Origin: Antedon mediterranea
Taxonomy: Eukaryota > Animalia > Echinodermata
Reading direction: 5' to 3'
Assembly (NCBI RefSeq): GCF_964355755.1
Contig: NC_092673.1
Location: 20,209,648 to 20,273,647 of the forward strand
DNA length: 64,000 nucleotides
Under the pieces are notes generated by a model. The model ran no database searches. It worked only from the letters and a program-made list of their open reading frames with translations, and was not told the origin of the DNA. Shown piece by piece: positions 12,801-25,100 of this stretch. Both the position numbers and the translations under genes were made by a program. Numbering within the stretch: position 1 is the first letter of the stretch; each line of letters starts with the position of its first letter.

Positions 12801-15800
12801 TCGGTTTCTAAGTTATGATCAATTTAAGATTTTCAGAAAATTGCGCGTAACTTACGCTACGCGGATCTGACAGCGTCCAAAAGCTTGGCTGCACATCTTC
12901 AGTTAAATTTCTACATGTTTACCAAGTTATAACATGTTATGTTAACACGTTGCAGAGAAACGTCGCGTACAAAAAGTGGCGGAAAGAAAGAAGAATAACT
13001 AGATTTAATTCGTCACTATGACGAATTATAGGTTATATGCATTGATTTTAATAAAGATAATTGATTTTTAAAAGATATTTTGATTCATTGATTTTCTCAG
13101 ATTCTTTAATTATTTATAATATATGATAGGACCTTGCTAACGCGAATACAATAGCCGGTATCACAATCCGATCAAAGATCCCTCTGCGTATAATGTCATA
13201 AACCACATTTGCTGTTACATAATAATAAAGACATAAGTTATTTTTTATCTAGATTTCATTATAAATCATGTGTATAATATATACACTAAGAAATAAATTT
13301 GAACAAACAATACGGATAATAAAAAAAAAATCTTATTTCGTTTCCCAAGGTGAGACTCGATCTCGGTACCTTGAGTGCCATAGACACGAGCACACACCAC
13401 CGAGCCATGCACAACTGTCTAAAAATTGTAGAAAAATTCCTCCGTGTATTTACTATGCAGTAACCACTTTGGTGCAGATAGATTATTACATACCGCAATG
13501 AATTATAATTTTTTACTATGATGACATCTCTAAAAATGTACAAAAATGATGCACTGTCAAACTATATACTTTTAACTTTAATATATGAACTTTTGGAGGA
13601 AGAAAGTTAATGTTAAGTTTGTTATTTTGGCCTAAGAAAATGTCATAATTTGTTTGATTGTCGAAATGAATTTTTTTAAATTTAATATGCAATTAATTAT
13701 GGCTTAATCAACTTTTGTTCCCTTAGTTTAATAATAAATCATACATAAGATACATACACTTCAAGAAAATGAAATAAAAAATATGTGTTCCCGAGCATTC
13801 TGACGATCTATATTAATTTTAAAATTTAGCATGTTTTCACCATTTTGTTAACTTACACGTGCGTAGCCTGTCACTTTTGACGTGCTCGTATAAGGCAATT
13901 ACGCGTTGAAAAGTGAATAAAATATGATGATATTATTAAAGAAAGGTTGTACAACCGAAATCGGACAAAAAGAGTGCGCATTAACGTATAACGCGCAGTG
14001 CGCGTGCAAAAATCTGCGCACTCATGGCAATTTTTTAAACGCTTAAAATTGCCTGAAACGTACTCTAATTTCATCGAAAATAAATTTTGACAATTTTGAA
14101 CATTTTAAGCGCGCGTACGCAAGCGTTATATGCGCTACGCACGTAATTGTATTGCCATATGATGAAATATGACCTGAAATTTATGAGTACCAAATTTTGT
14201 TTAATTGTGATTCATGCTTGTGAAGATATGATTACAAACGTGATTTCGTAAAATCACGCGTAGACCGCGTAATTTTTGATTACGCATCGTGAAAATATAA
14301 CCACATCGATTCCTGGCCATAAGGAATATACTCTGAAAAATTGACTTAAATAGATGAAACTGATATCAAGATAATTCACGGACAAAATAGTGCTAAGGAA
14401 AGAATAAATAAACTAGATTTAATTCGTCACTATGACGAATTATAGGTTATATGCATTGATTTTAATAAAGATAATTGATTTTTAAAAGATATTTTGATTC
14501 ATTGATTTTCTCAGATTCTTTAATTATTTATAATATATGATAGGACCTTGCTAACGCGAATACAATAGCCGGTATCACAATCCGATCAAAGATCCCTCTG
14601 CGTATAATGTCATAAACCACATTTGCTGTTACATAATAATAAAGACATAAGTTATTTTTTATCTAGATTTCATTATAAATCATGTGTATAATATATACAC
14701 TAAGAAATAAATTTGAACAAACAATACGGATAATAAAAAAAAATCTTATTTCGTTTCCCAAGGTGAGACTCGATCTCGGTACCTTGAGTGCCATAGACAC
14801 GAGCACACACCACCGAGCCATACACAACTGTCTAAAAATTGTAGAAAAATTCCTCCGTGTATTTACTATGCAGTAACCACTTTGGTGCAGATAGATTATT
14901 ACATACCGCAATGAATTATAATTTTTTACTATGATGACATCTCGAAAAATGTACAAAAATGATGCACTGTCAAACTATATACTTTTAACTTTAATATATG
15001 AACTTTTGGAGGAAGAAAGTTAATGTTAAGTTTGTTATTTTGGCCTAAGAAAATGTCATAATTTGTTTGATTGTCGAAATGAATTTTTTTAAATTTAATA
15101 TGCAATTAATTATGGCTTAATCAACTTTTGTTCCCTTAGTTTAATAATAAATCATACATAAGATACATACACTTCAAGAAAATGAAATAAAAAATATGTG
15201 TTCCCGAGCATTCTGACGATCTATATTAATTTTAAAATTTAGCATATTTTCACCATTTTGTTAACTTACACGTGCGTAGCCTGTCACTTTTGACGTGCTC
15301 GTATAAGGCAATTACGCGTTGAAAAGTGAATAAAATATGATGATATTATTAAAGAAAGGTTGTACAACCGAAATCGGACAAAAAGAGTGCGCATTAACGT
15401 ATAACGCGCAGTGCGCGTGCAAAAATCTGCGCACTCATGGCAATTTTTTAAACGCTTAAAATTGCCTGAAACGTACTCTAATTTCATCGAAAATAAATTT
15501 TGACAATTTTGAACATTTTAAGCGCGCGTACGCAAGCGTTATATGCGCTACGCACGTAATTGTATTGCCATATGATGAAATATGACCTGAAATTTATGAG
15601 TACCAAATTTTGTTTAATTGTGATTCATGCTTGTGAAGATATGATTACAAACGTGATTTCGTAAAATCGCGCGTAGACCGCGTAATTTTTGATTACGCAT
15701 CGTGAAAATATAACCACATCGATTCCTGGCCATAAGGAATATACTCTGAAAAATTGACTTAGATAGATGAAACTGATATCAAGATAATTCACGGACAAAA

Positions 15801-17246
15801 TAGTGCTAAGGAAAGAATAAATAAATAAACTAGATTTAATTCGTCACTATGACGAATTATAGGTTATATGCATTGATAATTAAAATAAAGATAATTGATT
15901 TTTAAAAGATATTTTGATTCATTGATTTTCTCAGATTCTTTAAATAATATATAATATATGATAGGACCTTGCTAACGCGAATACAATAGCCGGTATCACA
16001 ATCCGATCAAAGATCCCTCTGCGTATAATGTCATAAACCACATTTGCTGTTACATAATAATAAAGACAAAAGTTATTTTTTATCTAGATTTCATTATAAA
16101 TCATGTGTATAATATATACACTAAGAAATAAATTTGAACAAACAATACGGATAATAAAAAAAAAAAATTATTTCGTTTCCCAAGGTGAGACTCGATCTCG
16201 GTACCTTGAGTGCCATAGACACGAGCACACACCACCGAGCCATACACAACTGACTAAAAATTGTAGAAAAATTCCTCCGTGTATTTACTATGCAGTAACC
16301 ACTTTGGTGCAGATAGATTATTACATACCGCAATGAATTATAATTTTTTACTATGATGACATCTCTAAAAATGTACAAAAATGATGCACTGTCAAACTAT
16401 ATACTTTTAACTTTAATATATGAACTTTTGAAGGAAGAAAGTTAATGTTAAGTTTGTTATTTTTGCCTAAGAAAATGTCATAATTTGTTTGATTGTCGAA
16501 ATGAATTTTTTTTAATTTAATATGCAATTAATTATGGCTTAATCAATTTTTGTTCCCTTAGTTTAATAATAAATCATACATAAGATACATACACTTCAAG
16601 AAAATTAAATAAAAAATATGTGTTCCCGAGCATTCTGACGATCTATATTAATTTTAAAATTTAGCATATTTTCACCATTTTGTTAACTTACACGTGCGTA
16701 GCCTGTCACTTTTGACGTGCTCGTATAAAGCAATTACGCGTTGAAAAGTGAATAAAATATGATGATATTATTAAAGAAAGGTTGTACAACCGAAATCGGA
16801 CAAAAAGAGTGCGCATTAACGTATAACGCGCAGTGCGCGTGCAAAAATCTGCGCACTCATGGCAATTTTTTAAACGCTTAAAATTGCCTGAAACGTACTC
16901 TAATTTCATCGAAAATAAATTTTGACAATTTTGAACATTTTAAGCGCGCGTACGCAAGCGTTATATGCGCTACGCACGTAATTGTATTGCCATATGATGA
17001 AATATGACCTGAAATTTATGAGTACCAAATTTTGTTTAATTGTGATTCATGCTTGTGAAGATATGATTACAAACGTGATTTCGTAAAATCGCGCGTAGAC
17101 CGCGTAATTTTTGATTACGCATCGTGAAAATATAACCACATCGATTCCTGGCCATAAGGAATATACTCTGAAAAATTGACTTAGATAGATGAAACTGATA
17201 TCAAGATAATTCACGGACAAAATAGTGCTAAGGAAAGAATAAATAA

Positions 17247-18866
17247 ACTAGAACTTAAACTCGTCACTTGAGGACGAGTTTGGTTATCCGCCAGCAACAA
17301 AGCGTATCTTGCGTATTCAAGTACTTCCAAGTTATGACTTTTCCAAAAAAAGTAGGCTATTCAAAATTAAAACTGCCCTCTCAGTGTAATAACCAACTAA
17401 ACCCTTTTAATTAATTGTTTTCCCGTGACGGGACTCGAACCCGGTACCTCTGATACCAAAGTCGGTTGCATTACACATCGAGCCATATGACCACCTGCTG
17501 ACGAAAATCCGAAGAAAGAGTCCTCGTTCATTCGGTATGTCGTGAACCCCCTCGATGCAAGTTGATTATTACATATCAAACTTAAATCATAAATTTTACT
17601 ATGATGAAATCTTCAAAAATTTTAAACGCTGATATTTTATGAAAGTACATACTTTCAAGTTTTATATATTAACATGTAAAGAAAAAAGATAAATGTTATG
17701 TTTATTGTTTTGCTCTTTGAATAAGTTTATGTTTGTTTGATGATAAATATTTCAAAAATTATATTTAATATGCAAATAATGTAGCCATCAAACACGTTTT
17801 AGCATTCAACACTATAATAAATCAGACCTATGATTCATACACTGCAAGAAATTAAAATAAAAAATGGTGGTAACCTTGCATTCTGATGAACTGTGTCATT
17901 TTTAAAAGTAGACATATTTTGGAACATTTTCACAATTTGTTGACGTTTTCGTGCGCAACCTGTCATGTTTAACGTGCTCGTAGAACGCCATTTCAAGTTG
18001 AAAAGTGAATAAAATAACGTAAAATTGTTAACAGAAGATTTAAAAACACAAATCGTGTAAAAGAAATGCTCATACCTGTTCCCTGCGCCGTGCGCGCGTA
18101 AAAATGTGCGCACCAGTGGCAATTTTTTAAACGCTTAAAATGACCTGAATCGTGCTCTAATTTAATCAGAAAGTGATTTGAAGCATTTTAAAATTTCAAA
18201 CGCCATTTACGCGCGCACTTTCTAATGTTACAAATTGCGATAGCGTTAAAAAAGTTAACTATTGATGTGAAGCAAACGTGGCTGAAAATGACGTTAAAAA
18301 ATATTCATTTGTTTCGAAGTTATAACCAATTTAAGATTTTCAGAAAATCACGCGTAACTTACGCTACGCGGCTCTGACATCGTCAAAAAGCTTGGCTGGA
18401 CAACTTCAGTAAAATGTCTATATGTTGAACAAGTTACAAAATGTTATGTTAACGCGTTACAGAGAAACAGCGTGCACAAATTAGGAGCATTTTAAAATTT
18501 CAAACGCAGTTTACGCGCAGACTTTCTAGTGTTCAAAAATTTGCTGAAGAGCGAAAAAGTTAGCCATTGATGTGAAGAAAACGTGGCTGAAAATTTCGTT
18601 AAAAAATATTTATCGGTTTCGAAGTTATGACCGATTTAAGATTTTCAGAAAATCGCGCGTAACTTACGCTACGCGGATCTGACATTGTCAAAAAGCTTCG
18701 CAGTACATCTTCAGTTAATTGTCTATATGTTGACCAAGTTACAAAATGTTATGTTAACACGTTCAAGAGAAAACGCGTACACAAAATCGGAGAAAGAAAG
18801 AAGAATAATAAAAAAAAAAAGTAACACTACAATAACAAAGGTTATCCGCTTGAGGCGGATAACCAA
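17247..18866 (-). mobile_element. Complete uninterrupted family B element with internal ~300-bp tandem duplication
   Basis: Minus strand reads TTGGTTATCCGCCTCAAGCGGATAACC ... GCGGATAACCAA-ACTCGTCctcaagtGACGAGT-TTAAGTTCTAGT. Two ~305-bp internal repeats at ~18180-18485 and ~18485-18790. Confidence 0.85.
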
Positions 18867-21708
18867 TAAACTAGATTTAATTCGTCACTATGACGAATTA
18901 TAGGTTATATGCATTGATTTAAATAAAGATAATTGATTTTTAAAAGATATATTGATTGATTGATTTTCTCAGAATCTTTAATTATTTATAATATATGATA
19001 GGACCTTGCTAACGCGAACACCATAGCCGGTATCACAATCCGATCAAAGATCCATATGCGTATAATGTCATAAACCACATTTGTTGTTACATAATAATAA
19101 AGACATAAGTAAATTTTTATCTAGATTTCATTATAAATCATGTGTATAATCTATACACTAAGAAATAAATTTGAACAAACAATACGGATAATAAAAAAAA
19201 AATCTTATTTCGTTTCCCAAGGTGAGACTCGATCTCGGTACCTTGAATGCCATAGACACGAGCACAGACCACCGAGCCGTACACAACTGACTAAAAGTTG
19301 TAGAAAAATTCCTCCGTGTATTTACTATGCAGTAACCACTTTGATGCAAATAGATTATTACATACTGAAATGAATTATAATTTTTTACTATGATGACATC
19401 TTTAAAATGTATACAAATGATGCACTGTCAAACTACATACTTTTAACTTTAATATATGAATTTTTGAAGGAAGAAAGTTAATGTTAAGTTTGTTATTTTG
19501 GCCTAAGAAAATGTCATAATTTGTTTGATTGTCGAAATTATGTTTTTTTAATTTAATATGCAATTAATGATGACTTAATCAACTTTTGTTCTCTTAATTT
19601 GATAATAAATCATACATATGATACATACACTTCAAGAAAATGAAATAAAAAATAGGTGTTCCCCTGCATTCTGACGATATATATTAATTTTAAAATTTAG
19701 CATATTTTCACCATTTTGTTAACTTATACGTGCGTAGCCAGTCACTTTTGACGTGCTCGTATAACGCAATTTCGAGTTGAAACCTGAATCAAATATGATG
19801 ATATTATTAAAGAAAGATTGTAAAACAGAAATCGGGCAAAAAGAGTGCGCATTAACGTTTAACGCGCAGTGCGCGTGCAAAAATCTGCGCACTCATGGCA
19901 ATTTTTTAAACGCTTAAAATTGCCTGAAACGTACTCTAATTTCATCGAAAATAAATTTTGACAATTTTGAACATTTTAAGCGCGCGTACGCAAGCGTTAT
20001 ATGCGCTACGCACGTAATTTAATTGCCATATGATGAAATATGACCTGAAATTTATGAGTACCAAATTTTGTTTAATTGTGATTCATGCTTGTGAAGATAT
20101 GATTACAAACGTGATTTCGTAAAATCGCGCGTAGACCGCGTAATTTTTGATTACGCATCGTGAAAATATAACCACATCGATTCCTGGCCATAAGGAATAT
20201 ACTCTGAAAACTTGACTTAGCTAGATGAAACTGATGCCAAGATAATGCACGGACAAAATAGTGCTAAGGAAAGAATAAATAAACTAGATTTAATTCGTCA
20301 CTATGACGAATTATAGGTTATATGCATTGATTTAAATAAAGATAATTTATTTTTAAAAGATATATTGATTGATTGATTTTCTCAGAATCTTTAATTATTT
20401 ATAATATATGATAGGACCTTGCTAACGCGAACACCATAGCCGGTATCACAATCCGATCAATGATCCATATGCGTATAATGTCATAAACCACATTTGTTGT
20501 TACATAATAATAAAGACATCAGTTAATTTTTATCTAGATTTCATTATAAATCATGTGTATAATCTATACACTAAGAAATAAATTTGAACAAAAAATATGG
20601 ATAATAAAAAAAAAAACTTATTTCGTTTCCCACGGTGAGACTCGATCTCGGTACCTTGAATGCCATAGACACGAGCACAGACCACCGAGCCGTACACAAC
20701 TGACTAAAAGTTGTAGAAAAATTCCTCCGTGTATTTACTATGCAGTAACCACTTTGATGCAAATAGATTATTACATACCGAAATGAATTATAATTTTTTA
20801 CCATGATGACATCTTTAAAATGTATACAAATGATGCACTGTCAAACTACATACTTTTAACTTTAATATATGAATTTTTGAAGGAAGAAAGTTAATGTTAA
20901 GTTTGTTATTTTGGCCTAAGAAAATGTCATAATTTGTTTGATTGTCGAAATTATTTTTTTTAAATTTAATATGCAATTAATGATGACTTAATGAACTTTT
21001 GTTCTCTTTATTTGATAATAAATCATACATATGATACATACACTTCAAGAAAATGAAATAAAAAATAGGTGTTCCCCTGCATTCTGACGATATATATTAA
21101 TTTAAAAATTTAGCATATTTTCACCATTTTGTTAACTTATACGTGCGTAGCCAGTCACTTTTGACGTGCTCGTATAACGTAATTTCGAGTTGAAACCTGA
21201 ATCAAATATGATGATATTATTAAAGAAAGATTGTAAAACAGAAATCGGGCAAAAAGAGTGCGCATTAACGTTTAACGCGCAGTGCGCGTGCAAAAATCTG
21301 CGCACTCATGGCAATTTTTTAAACGCTTAAAATTGCCTGAAACGTACTCTAATTTCATCGAAAATAAATTTTGACAATTTTGAACATTTTAAGCGCGCGT
21401 ACGCAAGCGTTATATGCGCTACGCACGTAATTTTATTGCCATATGATGAAATATGACCTGAAATTTATGAGTACCAAATTTTGTTTAATTGTGATTCATG
21501 CTTGTGAAGATATGATTACAAACGTGATTTCGTAAAATCGCGCGTAGACCGCGTAATTTTTGATTACGCATCGTGAAAATATAACCACATCGATTCCTGG
21601 CCATGAGGAATATACTCTGAAAACTTGACTTAGCTAGATTAAACTGATGCCAAGATAATGCATGGACAAAATAGTGCTAAGGAAAGAATAAATAAATAAA
21701 TAAATAAA

Positions 21709-22112
21709 GATTTTGACAGAATCAAGAGGTTATATGCATGATAATGCATATAACCTAATAAATAAATAAATAAATAAAGATTTTGACAGAATCAAGAGGT
21801 TATATGCATATCATGCATATAACCTAATAAAGATTTTGACAGAATCAAGAGGTTATATGCATGATAATGCATATAACCTAATAAATAAAGATTTTGACAG
21901 AATCAAGAGGTTATATGCATGATAATGCATATAACCTAATAAAAAAAAAGAAACACTACAATTCCAAGGGCTTATCCGCTTGAGGCGGATAACCAATAAA
22001 TAAAGATTTTGACAGAATCAAGAGGTTATATGCATGATAATGCATATAACATAATAAATAAAGATTTTGACAGAATCAAGAGGTTATATGCATGATAATG
22101 CATTTAACCTAA
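21709..22112 (-). repeat. Stack of seven isolated 5' heads (4 A, 1 B, 2 A) separated by (TAAA)n
   Basis: Repeats of GATTTTGACAGAATCAAGAGGTTATATGCAT..ATGCATATAACCTAA, with one CTTATCCGCTTGAGGCGGATAACCAA head at ~21941-21996. Confidence 0.9.
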
Positions 22113-25100
22113 CTAGAACTTAAACTCGTCACTTGAGGACGAGTTTGGTTATCCGCCCGCAACAAAACGTATCTTGCGTATTAAAGTACTTCTCAGTTAT
22201 GACTTTTCCAAAAAAGTAGCCTATTCAAAATTAAAACTTCCCTTTCAGTGTAATAACCTAATAAATCCTTTTAATTAATTGCTTTCGCGTGATGGGATTC
22301 GATCCCGGTACCTCTAATACCAAAGTCGGTTGCACTACACATCGAGCCATATGAGCACCTGTTGAAGAAAATCCGAAGGAAGAGTCCTCGTTCATTCGGT
22401 ATGTCGTGAACCCTCTCGATGCAAGTTGATTATTACATATCGAACTTAAATCATAATTTTTACTATGATGAAATCTTCACAAATTTTAAACAGTGACATA
22501 TTATGAAAGTGCATACTTTCAAGTTTTATATATTAACATGTAAAGAAAAAAGATAAACGTTATGTTTATTGTTTTACTCTTTGAATATGTTTATGTTTGT
22601 TTGTTGATAATTATTTCAAAAATTACATTTAATATGCAAATAATGTAGCTATCAAACACTTTTTAACATTCAAGACTATAATAAATTAGACCTATGATTA
22701 ATACACTGCAAGAAAATAAAATAAAAAATGGGGGTAACCTTGCATTCTGATGAACTGTTTCATTTTTAAAAGTAGACATATTTTGTAACATTTTCACAAT
22801 TTGTTGACGTTTTCGTGCGCAACCTGTCATGTTTAACGTGCTCGTAGAACGCCATTTCAAGTTGAAAAGTGAATAAAATAACGTAAAATTGTTAACCAAA
22901 GATTTAAAAACACAAATCGTGTAAAAGAAATGTTCATACGTGTTTCCTGCGCCGTGCGCGCGTAAAAATGTGCGCACCAGTGGCAATTTTTTAAACGCTT
23001 AAAATGACCTGAATCGTGCTCTAATTTAATCAGAAATTGATTTGAAGCATTTTAAAATTTCAAACGCCATTTACGCACGCACTTTCTAATGTTACAAATT
23101 GCGGTAGCGTTAAAAAAGTTAACTATTGATGTGAAGCAAACGTGGCTGAAAATGACGTTAAAAAATATTCATTTGTTTCGAAGTTATAACCGATTTAAGA
23201 TTTTCAGAAAATCACGCGTAACTTACGCTACGCGGCTCTGACATCGTCAAAAACCTTGGCTGGACAACTTCAGTAAAATGTCTAAATGCTGAACAAGTTA
23301 CAACATATTATGTTTACACGTTGAAGAGAAACAGCGTGCACAAAATAAGAAAAGTAAAATATTTCAAACGCAATTTACGCGAAAACTTTCTAATCTCCAA
23401 AAATTTGTTAAACATTCTAAAAGTCAGCCATTGATGTGAAGAAAACGTGGCTGAAAATTTCGTTAAAAAATATTTATCGGTTTCGAAGTTATGACCGATT
23501 TAAGATTTTCAGAAAATCGCACGTAACTTACGCTACGCGGATCTGACATTGTCAAACAGCTTGGCAGTACATCTTCAGTTAAATGTCTATATGTTGACGA
23601 AGTTACAACATGTTATGTTAACACGTTAAAGAGAAAGCGCGTGCACAAAATCCGAGAAAGAAAGAAGAATAATAAACTAGATCTTAAACTCGTCACTTGA
23701 GGACGAGTTTGGTTATCCGCCCGCAACAAAACATATCTTGCGCATTCAAGTACTTTTCAGCTGTGATTTTTCCAAAAAGTAACTTATTCAAAATTAAAAC
23801 TGCCCTTTCAGTGTAATAACCAAACAAATCCTTTTATTTAATCGTTTTCCCGTGATGGGATTCGAACCCGGTACCTCTGATACAAAAGTCGGTTGCACTA
23901 CATATAGAGCCATATGAGCACCTGCTGAAGAAAATCCGAAGAAAGAGTCCTCGTTCATTCGGTATGTCGTGAACCCCCTCGATGCAAGTTGATTATTACA
24001 TATCGAACTTAAATCATAATTTTTACTATGATGAAATCTTCACAAATTTTAAACACTGACATATTATGAAAGTGCATACTTTCAAGTTTTATATATTAAC
24101 ATGTAAAGAAAAAAGATAAACGTTATGTTTATTGTTTTACTCTTTGAATATGTTTATGTTTGTTTGTTGATAATTATTTCAAAAATTACATTTAATATGC
24201 AAATAATGTAGCTATCAAACACTTTTTAACATTCAAGACTATAATAAATTAGACCTATGATTAATACACTGCAAGAAAATAAAATAAAAAATGGGGGTAA
24301 CCTTGCATTTTGATGAACTGTTTCATTTTTAAAAGTAGACATATTTTGCAACATTTTCACAATTTGTTGACGTTTTCATGCGCAACCTGTCATGTTTAAC
24401 GTGCTCGTAGAACGCCATTTCAAGTTGAAAAGTGAATAAAATAACGTAAAATTGTTAACCGAAAATTTAAAAACACAAATCGTGTAAAAGAAATGTTCAT
24501 ACGTGTTCCCTGCGCCGTGCGCGCGTAAAAATGTGCGCACCAGTGGCAATTTTTTAAACGCTTTAAATGACCTGAATCGTGCTCTAATTTAATCAGAAAT
24601 TGATTTGAAGCATTTTAAAATTTCAAACGCCATTTACGCGCGCACTTTCTAATGTTACAAATTGCGGTAGCGTTAAAAAAGTTAACTATTGATGTGAAGC
24701 AAACGTGGCTGAAAATGACGTTAAAAAATATTCATTTTTTTTCGAAGTTATAACCAATTTAAGATTTTCAGAAAATCACGCGTAACTTACGCTACGCGGC
24801 TCTGGCATCGTCAAAAAGCTTGGCTGGACAACTTACGCGAAAACTTTCTAATCTCCAAAAATTTGTTAAACATTCCAAAAGTTAGCCATTGATGTGAAGA
24901 AAACGTGGCTGAAAATTTCGTTAAAAAATATTTATCGGTTTCGAAGTTATGACCGATTTAAGATTTTCAGAAAATCGCGCGTGACTTACGCTACGCGGAT
25001 CTGACAGCGTCCAAAAGCTTGGCTGAACATCTTCAGTTAAATGTCTAAATGTTGACCAAGTTACAACATGTTATGTTAACACGTTGAAGAGAAAACGCGT

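Noticed and set aside
21709-22112. CRISPR-like array of palindromic ~50-bp repeats
   Set aside because: The spacers are only (TAAA)n, there are no cas genes, the context is eukaryotic, and the repeats are the 5' heads of the flanking elements.
3343-22986. Recurrent short ORFs (MKLEYVSG.., MCIIYTLR.., ..HQSGYCIV..) as a multicopy gene family
   Set aside because: They recur only because the DNA is repeated. They are broken by stops or frameshifts in other copies and show no recognisable domain.
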